64,000 nt of DNA from Chloroflexota bacterium. Its GTDB lineage: Bacteria; Chloroflexota; UBA11872; VXOZ01. A program made the translations under genes and the position numbers. The number at the start of each line of letters is the position of its first letter. Position 1 is the stretch's first letter. The notes beneath the pieces are model-generated. The model saw nothing but the letters and a program-made list of their open reading frames with translations. It did not search any database and was not told the origin of the DNA. Positions 20,017 to 30,491 of this stretch are shown in pieces. The DNA lies in NCBI GenBank assembly GCA_965220175.1, contig OZ244814.1, forward strand, positions 1,735,045-1,799,044, in the 5' to 3' direction.

Positions 20017-20826
20017 GTTTTTCCCGCAGATATCGTACAGGCGCGTGAGCGTTACTTTGCCGGCGAGCCCTGGTTTGAGGCCCTCTATGCCGACCCGCAG
20101 AGCCGTTTGGCGACGGCCGGCGACCTCGCACAGGCTATGGAACGTGACAGCGTTTCCGCGGCGGTGGCGTTGAATTTCGGCTGGCGCGACCCTGGACTCT
20201 GCCGCGAAACGAACAACTCCATTCTAGAAGCTCTGCAGCCGCATCGCCAGATTGCCCCTTTTTGCATGGTTGTGCCGGGCGACCCTGGCGCTACGCAAGA
20301 GATTGAACGTTGTGCGGCCTTGGGCTTTCGCGGCGTGGGCGAGCTTAATGCCGATGGGCAAGGCTTTGATGTTACGAGTGAGCACACGATGCGGCCTGTC
20401 TTCGAAGCCTGCCGGGCGCACAATATGGTCTTGCTCCTCCATGCCAGTGAGCCGGTCGGTCATGAGTATCCGGGCAAGGGCACGACCACACCGGAGAAGC
20501 TGGCGGGCCTGCTGGCAATGGCGCAAGGCGTGCCAATCGTCCAGGCACACTGGGGCGGCGGATTGCTCTTCCATGAGTTGATGCCGGAAGTCACCGAGTC
20601 TGCCGGCAGCACTTACTATGACTCCGCGGCTACGCCATTTCTCTATTCACCGCAGATATATGAGATGGGCGCGCAGCTAGTCGGCTCGCGGGTGCTCTTT
20701 GGGAGTGACTACCCGCTCATGTCGCAGCGCCGCGCATTGGAGCATCTTGGCATGGCGCAACTGAGCAATTCAGAGCGCCGTGCGCTGCTCTGGGACAACG
20801 GAGCACGACTGTTGGGACTAGGGTGA
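19975..20826 (+). CDS. amidohydrolase-2 family protein
   Basis: VLDFHTHVF metal-binding start, HxG, C-terminal FGSDYP; annotated start overlaps hemW 5' end on opposite strand so true start uncertain. Confidence 0.6.
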   Translation: MQIDGERVLDFHTHVFPADIVQARERYFAGEPWFEALYADPQSRLATAGDLAQAMERDSVSAAVALNFGWRDPGLCRETNNSILEALQPHRQIAPFCMVVPGDPGATQEIERCAALGFRGVGELNADGQGFDVTSEHTMRPVFEACRAHNMVLLLHASEPVGHEYPGKGTTTPEKLAGLLAMAQGVPIVQAHWGGGLLFHELMPEVTESAGSTYYDSAATPFLYSPQIYEMGAQLVGSRVLFGSDYPLMSQRRALEHLGMAQLSNSERRALLWDNGARLLGLG

Positions 20827-20924
20827 TGTCTCCCGGACTCCATGTGGATGGGACGTGCACTATAGCCTTCGCCCGTCGCCAAGCCGCAACGTCGATGAGA
20901 CCGAATGCGGAGAGCAGTTGAACT

Positions 20925-22100
20925 TTGCCTGAGACGAGCACGCCTGAATCTACCGACGCGACTAAGGAGCCTGTTTCTCCGCCGGTCACAGCGGACGAAA
21001 CCGTCCCGCAGCCGGATTCTGAGCCAAAGAGCCCACGGTTTCACGAATTGGATGCTCTTCGCGCTGTGGCAATGCTCCTGGGCATAGTCTTGCATGCCTT
21101 TCTTTTTCTCATACCTGATGCGTGGCCGATCCAGCATGCCAATCCGCCTGGAGATCTCTATGGGATTCAGTTGAATGTAATTCACGGCTTTCGCATGCCG
21201 GTCTTCTTTCTGCTTAGCGGATTCTTTACTGCCATGCTCTGGGAGCGGCGCGGGCTCATCCAACTGGCGCTGCACCGCGGCAAGCGCATCGCGTTACCCC
21301 TAGCCTTGTGCTGCGTCACCGTGATTCCAGTGAACACGTGGGCGTTCATTGGTGGCGAATTCAGCATTGCCTTCTGGCCGTTCTACTGGCTGTACGGTTT
21401 TCACCACCTGTGGTTTCTCTGGATACTCCTCTGGCTATGCGCCACTTTTCTCGTGCTCGCCCGGTTAGGGGTGCGGTATTCCCATCCGGCGCTCTGGTGG
21501 TTGCTGGTCCCACTTGCGCTGGCGCCGCAAGTGTTTATGCACGAACCGATTGTCGGTCCGGATACGTCCGACGGGATTGTCTCAGATCCGCTTGTCGTGG
21601 CCTACTATGCCTGCTTCTTCTTCTTTGGCGCTTTCTTCTTCCGGCGTCGTTTCAGCATACGCGGTTGGTGGGCGTTAGGACTGCTGCCGGCGCTCCTGTT
21701 GGTATTCCCGGTCGCTCTGGTGCTGCTGTTTCCTACTGAAGAAACAGCGTGGGCGCTGCCGGTCTCAGCCGTGTTACAGGTAGGGTACGCGTGGCTGATG
21801 TGCTTTGGGCTGATGGGACTGTTTCGCTTGATAGCCTCGCGGGAGCGGTATTGGGTACGGTATGTATCGGACTCTTCCTACTGGCTTTATCTGTGGCACT
21901 TACCGCTCATCGTTTTCGCACAGCGGCTCGTGCTGACGTGGCCGCTGAGCGCGCACCTGAAGTTCTTGTTGATCTGCGTTGCGGTGACCGCCGTATTGCT
22001 TGTGACGTACCAACTTGGCGTGCGCTATACGCCGATTGGAACGATGCTGAATGGCAAGCGGGAACGGCAAAAGCGAGAATCGGTGGCAGGGAGCACTTGA
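20925..22100 (+). CDS. acyltransferase-3 family membrane protein (with Pro/Glu-rich N-terminal extension)
   Basis: LDALRAVAMLLGIVLHAF signature of Acyl_transf_3, ~10 TM. Confidence 0.7.
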   Translation: MPETSTPESTDATKEPVSPPVTADETVPQPDSEPKSPRFHELDALRAVAMLLGIVLHAFLFLIPDAWPIQHANPPGDLYGIQLNVIHGFRMPVFFLLSGFFTAMLWERRGLIQLALHRGKRIALPLALCCVTVIPVNTWAFIGGEFSIAFWPFYWLYGFHHLWFLWILLWLCATFLVLARLGVRYSHPALWWLLVPLALAPQVFMHEPIVGPDTSDGIVSDPLVVAYYACFFFFGAFFFRRRFSIRGWWALGLLPALLLVFPVALVLLFPTEETAWALPVSAVLQVGYAWLMCFGLMGLFRLIASRERYWVRYVSDSSYWLYLWHLPLIVFAQRLVLTWPLSAHLKFLLICVAVTAVLLVTYQLGVRYTPIGTMLNGKRERQKRESVAGST

Positions 22101-22219
22101 CGCATGGCTAAGGTGGTTCACTGGCCGTCAAGTGAATCGGGGAGTTGGACGTTGGTAGGGGGTTTGTAAGAGACTTCAACCCTCTGGACACGGAGCGACG
22201 TTTGGTGCCCAGTTGAAGA

Positions 22220-22238
22220 GCGGGGGACAAGCCCCCGC
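22220..22238. terminator. GC hairpin between convergent genes
   Basis: gcggggg-acaag-cccccgc perfect 7-bp stem between acyltransferase (+) and DegT-like gene (-); no U-tract. Confidence 0.3.
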
Positions 22239-22279
22239 GCTACACTAGCGCCACGGACTGACGCGGTTGACATTTCGCC

Positions 22280-23611
22280 CTAACGAGCCTCGGCCAGCGC
22301 TCCGCTGAGTTCTTCCGCATAGGCCGCGACTTTGGCAAAGGCAGCCACGTATTGGTCGATCAACTCGTCCGCCGGACGCGTGAAGCTGGGCACGCGAATA
22401 GAGTTGTACGGAATCTCAGGGTCTTCCGTGACCGGAAGCACCACGCTACTGTAGTCGATTCTGGTGACATTCGGCCCCAGGACTTCCCAGAGAACGTCCC
22501 CGGTCCCGTGCTCGTTACCCTGGAACACCGGGTGCTTATGCAGCATGTGGGTGAGCCCGTTGGCGTGCGGCGTGAGCGTAGCCTTCTGCGCGGGCGAAGA
22601 GACTTGCGCGCCCTCGGCTTGCAGCACCTCAAGCAACCGTTCGCGAGACATCCCACCGAGTTTGTCAGGATCGAACATGATGCGGCCGCTCTGGTACGGC
22701 GAGGGGAAGTAGTCCGGATAGTCCGGCGCGGAGAAGCCCTCGATACCCGCGATTGCCTCACCTAGCTTGTCCGTGTTCGCGTGCCGTACGTCGAGGCGTT
22801 GCTTCCAATACTTCATCTGAACGCTGCCGATAGCGGCTGAAAGTGTCGCCATGCGGTACTTTTCGCCGAAACTAAAGCCGGTCATGGCGCGCCACTTTGG
22901 GTTTGGCAACTCCCGCAGGCGTTCGTAGTGTCCCAAGCACGCGGCCCGCTGGTAGACTTCCGAATCGTTGGTCATGAAGACACCGCCCTCACCGGCCGAC
23001 GTGCTCTTGCCGTGCTGAAAGCTGATGGCGGCGGCATCACCGATGCTGCCGCACATGCGCCCGCGGTGGGTCGCTCCTTGCGAGATACAGTTGTCTTCCA
23101 CCACGCGCAACCCGTGCCGGGAGGCGATATCCATGAGGGCGTCCATGTCCGCCGGGCAACCGGGCCAATGCACCACCATGATGGCTTTTGTGCGGGGCGT
23201 GATCTTGCGCTCAACGTCCATTGGATCGAGGGTGGTTGTAACCGGATCGATGTCGGCAAATACTGGCACCGCGCCGGTGCCAATGATTGGCAAGCAATTG
23301 AAGGGATGGATCGCCGACTGCGCAATAACCTCATCGCCTTTGCCAACGCCCACGCCGAACAGCGCCGCCCGCAGCGACGCCGTGCCTGAGGAATGGGCGA
23401 GGGCATGCTTGACGCCCCACGTTTGCGCCACCCGCTGTTCCAACTCGGTAATTGGCCCGGACTCGCCAAACTGGCTGGCGAGCGCATGTCTGCGGATGAG
23501 GTCCGATACTACCTCTACTTCCTCTTCGGTATAGATCGGCCACTGGGTGTAGTAACTGTGGTCGATTGTGACAGCGGGCTCGCCGCCAATGACTACGGGC
23601 TGTGCTGACAT
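22280..23611 (-). CDS. DegT/DnrJ/EryC1/StrS family PLP-dependent aminotransferase
   Basis: fold-type-I aminotransferase with SFQHGKSTSAGEGG lysine region typical of sugar aminotransferases; start at MSAQPVVIGG (cat 23609-23611). Confidence 0.8.
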   Translation of the reverse strand: MSAQPVVIGGEPAVTIDHSYYTQWPIYTEEEVEVVSDLIRRHALASQFGESGPITELEQRVAQTWGVKHALAHSSGTASLRAALFGVGVGKGDEVIAQSAIHPFNCLPIIGTGAVPVFADIDPVTTTLDPMDVERKITPRTKAIMVVHWPGCPADMDALMDIASRHGLRVVEDNCISQGATHRGRMCGSIGDAAAISFQHGKSTSAGEGGVFMTNDSEVYQRAACLGHYERLRELPNPKWRAMTGFSFGEKYRMATLSAAIGSVQMKYWKQRLDVRHANTDKLGEAIAGIEGFSAPDYPDYFPSPYQSGRIMFDPDKLGGMSRERLLEVLQAEGAQVSSPAQKATLTPHANGLTHMLHKHPVFQGNEHGTGDVLWEVLGPNVTRIDYSSVVLPVTEDPEIPYNSIRVPSFTRPADELIDQYVAAFAKVAAYAEELSGALAEAR

Positions 23612-23711
23612 ACTGATTCCTCGCTTGGTACTCGCCAAATGTCCGGCCGTACATTCTCCTCATGCTACGGTTGACAAGGGCCGCGCTGACGGCTGTCGCG
23701 CAGTGACCGTG

Positions 23712-24572
23712 CTACGCGCCGTGGGGAATGCCCAGGTCTGCGCAGATGCCCTTGACATAAGCAAAGTCGGCCTTGGTTTGCTCAACTAGCTCATCGTGCT
23801 CCAGGTGCCTCCACGTGGCGGCGCCTTGGTACTCGCTATGGAACGAGGCGAAGCCGTCGTAGCCGATCTGCTTGAGGTAGCCGAACGCCTCCGGATACGG
23901 CGTGAAGCCGCGTTCCAGCGGCACGAGTTTGCGGTGCCACTTGTGCACGCCGGACTTGGCGTCCTCTTCCCAGAACTGCCCCATGTTCTTGAGCGCGAGC
24001 ATGACCAGCCTATCCGACACCAGGTCCAACCCCTGGATCCAGCCCCCGTAACTGCCCTCGACACCCATGTGCCCAAAGTCGCCGTAGACACCGATGGCCT
24101 GCGGGTCGAAGTCCTCGATGAGCGGGCCGACGATGGTAGCCACGGCAGACATGAACGGCCCGGAGTGGATGTGCATCCCGCCTTGCACGTCGTACTTGTG
24201 GCAGAGGCGCTCGATGCTGCGCACGGCATCATGGGTCTCGACAAGCTGGCGCTTGAGATTGCCGAAGCCGTCGTACTTGTGGTAGCCCAGCTTGAACTGC
24301 GTGATGCCCAAGTCGCTGGCGGTGGCAAGGATGTCCTCCGCGTGGGGGGCGTCGGCGCTGAAGATGTTGGTCGTGATCCAGCCGACTTCCAGGCCGCGCT
24401 CCCTGATGGCCTTGGCGGCTTTCGGGAGATCGGTCTTGACGTTTTCCGGCAGCACGTGGCCGGGGCTGCGCACGGTGAGGTCTACACCGTCCAGACCGAT
24501 ATCGGCGATGGTATCCGCAAGCTCCTCGTAGCTGAGATGCTCGAGGTGCTTGGAGAACATGATGAATCTCAT
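23712..24572 (-). CDS. sugar phosphate isomerase/epimerase (xylose-isomerase-like TIM barrel)
   Basis: AP-endonuclease-2/XI-like TIM barrel pattern; ATG 24570-24572 preceded by AAGGAG RBS. Confidence 0.7.
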   Translation of the reverse strand: MRFIMFSKHLEHLSYEELADTIADIGLDGVDLTVRSPGHVLPENVKTDLPKAAKAIRERGLEVGWITTNIFSADAPHAEDILATASDLGITQFKLGYHKYDGFGNLKRQLVETHDAVRSIERLCHKYDVQGGMHIHSGPFMSAVATIVGPLIEDFDPQAIGVYGDFGHMGVEGSYGGWIQGLDLVSDRLVMLALKNMGQFWEEDAKSGVHKWHRKLVPLERGFTPYPEAFGYLKQIGYDGFASFHSEYQGAATWRHLEHDELVEQTKADFAYVKGICADLGIPHGA

Positions 24573-24697
24573 TAAGCGGAATCTCCTTGGCAATGTGTGG
24601 AAATAGGTCTGTTGGGCGCTAGTGTAGCGGTTTTGTAGGGGGCTGTCCATTGGGATTGCGGATGCGCTGCGACCGAGAATCAACAAGATTCGGCCGG

Positions 24698-24726
24698 TTC
24701 AAAACCGCCCAATACTGCGTTATACT
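24698..24726 (+). promoter_or_regulatory. candidate sigma-70 promoter for argD (TTCAAA-N17-TATACT)
   Basis: hexamers read directly at 24698-24703 and 24721-24726, 45 nt upstream of argD ATG; divergent from isomerase gene. Confidence 0.35.
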
Positions 24727-24770
24727 AGGTAAACAGCGTTTTTCAGCACTGCAGGAAGGAAGGGAACGGC

Positions 24771-25958
24771 ATGACCGACTGGCCTGCCAAAGAGAAGCAA
24801 TATTACATGAACACATTCAACCGCCTGCCGGTGACGTTGGTATCCGGTGATGGCTCCTGGGTGTGGGATGACCGCGGCAGGCGTTATCTCGACTTCTTGC
24901 AGGGAATTGCCGTAAACGCGCTCGGCCATGCCCATCCCGTGCAGGTCAAGGCGATTGCGCAGCAAGCAACCACCTTGCTGCACACGTCCTCGCTCTTTCA
25001 TGTGCCGCGGCAGTATGAACTTGCGGAGCTCTTGGTAGAAAACTCCGCCCTGGACCGCGTCTTCTTCGTAAATAGCGGCTCGGAAGCGCTGGAAACTACT
25101 ATCAAGATCGTAAGAAAGTACGGCAAGCTGAACCGCGACGGGGCCTACGAGATCATCGTAATGACGAATGCTTTTCACGGGCGCACGATCGCTTCTGTGG
25201 CGGCTACGGCGAACCCACACTATCAAGAGGACTTCGTGCCCATGCCCGAAGGCTTTGTGCGGGTGCCGTTCAACGACCTCGCGGCGGCCCAAGCGGCAGT
25301 CGGACCGAAGACAGCCGGAGTCTTGGTGGAGCTTATTCAGGGCGAGGGCGGTGTCTACGAGGCCGATCAAGACTACGTGCAGGGCTTGCGCAAGCTCTGC
25401 GACGACTATGACTTGCTGCTGGCGTTGGACGAAGTGCAGACCGGCATTGGTCGCACGGGGCGCATGTTCGCCTATGAGCACTATGGCATCCAGCCGGACG
25501 TGATGGCCTTAGCCAAGGCGTTGGGCGGCGGACTGCCCATTGGCGCGTGTATGGTGAACGAACGGGCCGCGGTCTTTGTGCCCGGCGACCACGGATCCAC
25601 GTTTGGTGGCAATCCCCTCATTTGCGCAGGCGCTGCCGCCGTGGTGCGGCATGTCATCGACAACGAGCTGTGGAAGAATGCTGCCCGGCAGGAACAACGC
25701 ATCAAGGCTGGGCTGGCGGAAATCAGCGCCCGCCATGGCAATGCCTTGACCGACATCCGGGGAAAAGGCCTACTCTTGGCCTTTGACTTGGGTGAGGAAC
25801 GCGCGGAGAAATTCCTGGCGCACGGTTTGGAATGCGGCCTCATTGTGAATCGCGTGGCCCCGCCCAGTATCCGTATGGCTCCCGCACTGACGTTGACCGA
25901 GGCGGAAGCGGACGAGGGCCTGGCGCGGATTGAAGAGACGTTGAGCGGGATTTTGTAG
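24771..25958 (+). CDS. argD: acetylornithine aminotransferase
   Basis: class-III aminotransferase, full-length, clustered with argG and argH. Confidence 0.85.
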   Translation: MTDWPAKEKQYYMNTFNRLPVTLVSGDGSWVWDDRGRRYLDFLQGIAVNALGHAHPVQVKAIAQQATTLLHTSSLFHVPRQYELAELLVENSALDRVFFVNSGSEALETTIKIVRKYGKLNRDGAYEIIVMTNAFHGRTIASVAATANPHYQEDFVPMPEGFVRVPFNDLAAAQAAVGPKTAGVLVELIQGEGGVYEADQDYVQGLRKLCDDYDLLLALDEVQTGIGRTGRMFAYEHYGIQPDVMALAKALGGGLPIGACMVNERAAVFVPGDHGSTFGGNPLICAGAAAVVRHVIDNELWKNAARQEQRIKAGLAEISARHGNALTDIRGKGLLLAFDLGEERAEKFLAHGLECGLIVNRVAPPSIRMAPALTLTEAEADEGLARIEETLSGIL

Positions 25959-26019
25959 TAGTGTTCTCTAGGATGACGCAGTGCTTTGGATCCCGCCAGT
26001 AGGCGGAAGGAACAAAAGC

Positions 26020-26373
26020 ATGGCAGTGTTTGACACCCACAGAGCAATAAAGACACTCATCGGCGCAGGCTTCAGCGAGACCAAAGCTGAAGCCATGATT
26101 GACGCCATGGGCGAATCTCACGATGCACTTGCTACCAAGGCGGATATATCCGCCGTTAGATCGGAAATTGCTGCTGTGAAAGCGGATGTTGTGGTCGTGA
26201 AAGCAGAACTAGATGCCGTGCGCTCCGACGTGAAGGCGCTGGAGAGTGCTGTGAACGAGCGTGCGACCAAAGCCGATCTCCGCGAACAAGAACTACGTAT
26301 CCGGTTGCATCTGTACGCGGTTGCGATTGTCGTCATCGGTGTCTTGGCCGCGCTTGAGTTGTTGCCCCGCTAG
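26020..26373 (+). CDS. DUF1640-like coiled-coil protein with C-terminal TM anchor
   Basis: MAVFDTHRAIKTLIGAGFSETKAEAMIDAM then heptad-like ATKADI/AAVKAD/VKAELDAV repeats, terminal hydrophobic helix. Confidence 0.45.
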   Translation: MAVFDTHRAIKTLIGAGFSETKAEAMIDAMGESHDALATKADISAVRSEIAAVKADVVVVKAELDAVRSDVKALESAVNERATKADLREQELRIRLHLYAVAIVVIGVLAALELLPR

Positions 26374-26490
26374 AAGATGTGCTCGCTTGGTGTCTATCAA
26401 GAAGTGGAGCAGATGCACAGTTGCTTTGTTTCGTTCCACTGATTTCGAGCCTAGTACTCAATTGACACGTGCAAAGAGGAGAATTCCACT

Positions 26491-27756
26491 ATGGCTACTC
26501 GCCAAGGGCGCGTAGTTCTGGCCTATTCAGGCGGCCTGGACACCAGTGTGTGCATACGCTGGTTACAAGAGCACTACGACATGGATGTGGTCACGCTCAC
26601 CATTGACTTGGGTCACGAGCCTGACTTACCCGCCATTCGCGACAAAGCAATTGACACCGGAGCGCGCAAGGCGTACGTCGTAGACGCGCGGGACCTCTTC
26701 ATCGCGCATTTCATCTGGCCCGGGCTCAAGGCCGGCGCCGTCTATGAGAACGCCTACTACCTGGCGACGGCGTTGGGCCGCCCGCTGATAGCAAAGCTGC
26801 TCGTAGACGTGGCGCGCGAAGAGGGCGCACAGGCCGTGGCCCACGGCTCCACGGGCAAGGGCAACGACCAGGTACGGTTCGATGTTTCCGTGCACGCGCT
26901 CGCGCCGGAGTTGCAGGTGATTGCGCCGGTCCGCGAGTGGGGCCTGACCCGCGACCAGGAGGAGGCCTACGCCAAGGAGCATGGCATTCCCGTGCCGGAA
27001 GGATCGCGCCAGCCGTATAGTCTCGACCAGAATCTTTGGGGTCGCAGCATCGAATCCGGCCCGTTGGAAGATCCCTGGGTAGAACCACCGGAGGATGCAT
27101 ACGAGTGGACGGTCGCCCCGGAGAACGCGCCGGAAACGCCCGCCTACGTCGAGATTGGATTCGATGAAGGGATCCCCGTAAGCATAGACGGCCATGAAAA
27201 GAACGGCATCGACCTGATTCAAGTGCTCAACGACTTGGGCGGCGCGCACGGCGTGGGCCGCGTAGACCACGTAGAGAACCGCGTGGTCGGCATCAAGTCA
27301 CGGGAGATATATGAGTGCCCGGCGGGCACGATACTCTTCAAAGCGCATGAGGCTTTGGAGCAGATGACCCTCTCCCGCGACCAGTCCCATTTCAAGCGCG
27401 TGGTGGCGGAGGAGATTTCGCGCCTCGTCTATGGCGGCCTGTGGTTCTCAACGCTCAACCGCGATCTGATGGCATTTGTGGATAGCACCCAGCGGGCCGT
27501 GAGCGGTACGGTGCGGGTGAAGCTCTACCGCGGCCAGGCGACGGTTGTTGGTCGTCAGTCACCGCACTCGCTCTATCGAGAAGACCTCGCGACGTATCTT
27601 ACCGGAGACGCGTTCGATCACCGCGCCGCCGAGGGCTTTGTGAAGATCTGGGGATTGAGCACGCAGGTGCAAGCGCAGCAGCAAATCCATGGCAACGACG
27701 CGCCGCTTCTACCCCATGCCAAACGGCTGGAGGCGAAGGAAGCTGAGGATAAGTGA
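26491..27756 (+). CDS. argG: argininosuccinate synthase
   Basis: AYSGGLDTS PP-loop, full-length ArgG. Confidence 0.9.
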   Translation: MATRQGRVVLAYSGGLDTSVCIRWLQEHYDMDVVTLTIDLGHEPDLPAIRDKAIDTGARKAYVVDARDLFIAHFIWPGLKAGAVYENAYYLATALGRPLIAKLLVDVAREEGAQAVAHGSTGKGNDQVRFDVSVHALAPELQVIAPVREWGLTRDQEEAYAKEHGIPVPEGSRQPYSLDQNLWGRSIESGPLEDPWVEPPEDAYEWTVAPENAPETPAYVEIGFDEGIPVSIDGHEKNGIDLIQVLNDLGGAHGVGRVDHVENRVVGIKSREIYECPAGTILFKAHEALEQMTLSRDQSHFKRVVAEEISRLVYGGLWFSTLNRDLMAFVDSTQRAVSGTVRVKLYRGQATVVGRQSPHSLYREDLATYLTGDAFDHRAAEGFVKIWGLSTQVQAQQQIHGNDAPLLPHAKRLEAKEAEDK

Positions 27757-27842
27757 GCCCTTGCCTTTCACGGTTCATTGACGCTTGCCCGGTACAGACA
27801 GTCAACAAAGTATGCAACAGGTTCTCGTGAGTTAGTGTTGGC

Positions 27843-28673
27843 ATGGAGGACGACGGGACTGCCGTCTCAGTCGAAGCGCTCCAGGAAGAACGCACCAGCA
27901 GGCTCTTCTTGGCCGACGGTCGTGGCGTGCGGAATGAAGCCGACGCAGCAGCATACGCAAATGAACGGGGCTTCGTCCACCTCTTCGCTCCGGGCAAGCT
28001 GCCGTGGCCGAACGTCAGTGATGCTGAGTTGCGGGCGCGGGGCAGCATCGAGACGTTCTCCCTCAACGTTTGGCACTGGAAGAACACCCTACCCGCAAAG
28101 AAACGCTGTGCCTACGGGCACAATCTCCGGAACCGAGGCATATTCATATCGTGGCGGTACTTTCCGATTTTCCGGCAGATTTGGGGGCTGCATGAACCGG
28201 TGGATCGGGTCTTGGAGAGCGGCCATTTGCAGCCGATCGAGCGTCACGCCCTGCAGGTGATCGCCGTGCAAGGTCCAGTGAGATCGCTGGATCTGCGGCG
28301 CGAGGTGCAGGCACTCTCCGGCGCCGGCAAGCGACAGTACCAGGCGGCTCTGCGCGCGCTTCAGGAGCGGTTCCTGATTACGGTTGCCGGTGGCAGCGTG
28401 GCGGGTTTTTCTATGCACGATTGGGACCTGATTGAGCGGCACGTGCCGACCGATGCATTGACGCTCGAGGTTTCCAAAGATGAAGCGCGGGAGCAGTTAG
28501 TCTGCCAGGCGATAGCGAACGCGCCATTCTGTACGGCCCGTGAACTCGGACTCCTCTTCGGTTGGAAGCGAGGAGAGGTCCAGACGCTGCTCAAGGTGCT
28601 GATGGAGAGGGGCGTCATCGTAGCAAGATTGGTTGAGGGAGAAAAGGAGCCGGGGTACCGTGTGAGCGGTTGA
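27843..28673 (+). CDS. hypothetical protein, possible winged-helix DNA-binding (AlkZ/YcaQ-like?)
   Basis: 276 aa, no firm motif; C-terminal region resembles winged-helix; assignment tentative. Confidence 0.35.
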   Translation: MEDDGTAVSVEALQEERTSRLFLADGRGVRNEADAAAYANERGFVHLFAPGKLPWPNVSDAELRARGSIETFSLNVWHWKNTLPAKKRCAYGHNLRNRGIFISWRYFPIFRQIWGLHEPVDRVLESGHLQPIERHALQVIAVQGPVRSLDLRREVQALSGAGKRQYQAALRALQERFLITVAGGSVAGFSMHDWDLIERHVPTDALTLEVSKDEAREQLVCQAIANAPFCTARELGLLFGWKRGEVQTLLKVLMERGVIVARLVEGEKEPGYRVSG

Positions 28674-28755
28674 AGCGCGTCTCTTGGGAGAACAGCCAAG
28701 AGTGGCGTTGAAAGCGGTTCCGGCTAGCAGTATTCGAGGGATTTGTGCAGCCGTT

Positions 28756-28788
28756 CCGTCATTCCCGCGAAGGCGGGAATCCATCTTT
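28756..28788. repeat. dispersed palindromic repeat, family 2, copy 1
   Basis: ccgtcattcccgcgaaggcgggaatccatcttt (ATTCCCGC-N4-GCGGGAAT hairpin); second copy at 45267-45299 differing by 1 nt. Confidence 0.5.
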
Positions 28789-28934
28789 TCTTCACAATTG
28801 GCACTGCGAGAGCGGGAGACAAACCCCGCGCACGCATACGGATGCCAGCTTCAACTCCCGGTCTCTAGCCGAAAGTGACAGCGAGTGGTTTTTGTGTAGG
28901 CAAGATGAGCGCACATGACCGAGCCTAGCGAGAT

Positions 28935-30350
28935 ATGAATAATACTGAAGGCGCATCTACACTCTGGGGTGGTCGCTTTACTAAAGCACTGGCCGGCGAC
29001 ATGCTGGCGTTTTCTTCTTCATTGCCGGTTGACTGGCGGCTCTACCGCGAGGACATTGCCGGGTCGCTGGCACATTGCCGCATGCTGTCCAAGCAGGACA
29101 TCATTGCTCCTCAAGAAGCCGACGCCATTTGTGCCGGTCTTACGGCAATCCTGGAAGAGATTGAAAGCGGCGCAATAGTGCCCGACTTCGGCCGCTGGGA
29201 AGACGTGCATTCGGCGGTGGAAGACCTCTTGCAGGAGCGCGTGGGCGCCGTGGCGGGCAAACTCCACACGGCCCGCAGCCGCAACGATCAAGTGGCAACG
29301 GACGTTCGGCTATGGTGTCGCGGCGCACTCGACACACTCGGCAGCCAACTTTGCGCCGTTCGGCAGACGCTCCTTGATCTAGCTGCAACGCATGCATCCT
29401 CGAGCATGCCCGGGTATACGCATCTGCAACGCGCTCAGCCCGTGACGTTCGGCCACCACCTGCTTGCCTACGTTGAGATGTTCGCACGGGACTTCGCGCG
29501 GTCGCGGGAGTGCCGGATCCGGGTAAATGTCCTGCCCTTGGGCGCGGCGGCGTTGGCCGGTGCGCCCTACCCGCTGGACCGGGCGTACGTGGCGCGCGAG
29601 CTTGGCTTCGAGGAGATTGCCGCGAATAGCATGGACGCCGTAAGCGACCGCGACTTCGCCATCGAGATGTTGCACGTGTGCAGCCTCAGCATGGTGCACC
29701 TCTCCCGGCTGGCTGCGGAGGTGATACTCTGGTCGTCAGCGGAGTTCGGTTTTGTGGAGCTTGACGACGCCTATGCCACCGGTTCCAGCATCATGCCGCA
29801 AAAGAAGAACCCTGACGCGGCAGAATTGACGCGCGGCAAGTCGGGCCGGGTATTTGGCGATCTCTTTGCTCTGCTGAACCTCATGGAAGGCCTGCCGCTC
29901 ACCTATAACCGTGACTTGCAGGAAGACAAAGAGGCGCTCTTCGACGGTGTGGACACCACAGCGGCGTGTCTTGACATCATGAACGCCGTGATGGATTCCC
30001 TGCGCGTCAACACTAAGCGCATGGCGGAGGCCGCCGCGGGCGGGTTTTCCACGGCAACGGACCTCGCGGACTATCTCGTGAAGAAGGGCTTGCCATTCCG
30101 GGAAGCGCATGCGGTGGTCGGCTGTGTCGTGCGGGCTTGCATTGACCGCGGCTGCGGGCTTGAAGACATATCGTTCGCAGAGTATCAGGAAGTCTGCGAC
30201 CGCATCGGTGCTGACGTCTTTGACGTTATTACTGTGCAGGGGTCTCTTGCGGCCCGCGACATCTCCGGCGGCACGGCGCCTGTTCAGGTCGAAGCAGCTA
30301 TAGCCACGGCCCAGGCGCGGCTGGAGCAAGACCGGACCGCTCTGGCCTGA
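28935..30350 (+). CDS. argH: argininosuccinate lyase
   Basis: fumarate-lyase superfamily, GSSxMPxKxNP signature (GSSIMPQKKNP). Confidence 0.9.
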   Translation: MNNTEGASTLWGGRFTKALAGDMLAFSSSLPVDWRLYREDIAGSLAHCRMLSKQDIIAPQEADAICAGLTAILEEIESGAIVPDFGRWEDVHSAVEDLLQERVGAVAGKLHTARSRNDQVATDVRLWCRGALDTLGSQLCAVRQTLLDLAATHASSSMPGYTHLQRAQPVTFGHHLLAYVEMFARDFARSRECRIRVNVLPLGAAALAGAPYPLDRAYVARELGFEEIAANSMDAVSDRDFAIEMLHVCSLSMVHLSRLAAEVILWSSAEFGFVELDDAYATGSSIMPQKKNPDAAELTRGKSGRVFGDLFALLNLMEGLPLTYNRDLQEDKEALFDGVDTTAACLDIMNAVMDSLRVNTKRMAEAAAGGFSTATDLADYLVKKGLPFREAHAVVGCVVRACIDRGCGLEDISFAEYQEVCDRIGADVFDVITVQGSLAARDISGGTAPVQVEAAIATAQARLEQDRTALA

Positions 30351-30491
30351 GCCTAATGTCTCTCTTCCGGCCTTCGACGCGCGCCCGGTACTAGTTGGGC
30401 TTGTGTCGTACACCAAGCTACGTCTTCGGCCCCTCTCCAAGGCACACAGGCTTCCATTTGACCTGACGAACCCCAAGTGCTATCGTCGTTT

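Noticed and set aside
22352-23534. Several 130-170-aa ORFs on both strands inside the DegT-like gene
   Set aside because: All overlap a well-supported PLP-aminotransferase gene; Arg/Ala/Pro-rich off-frame artefacts.
26461-26466. TTGACA hexamer 25 nt upstream of argG ATG as a promoter -35
   Set aside because: No acceptable -10 at the right spacing, and it overlaps the RBS region; likely coincidental.
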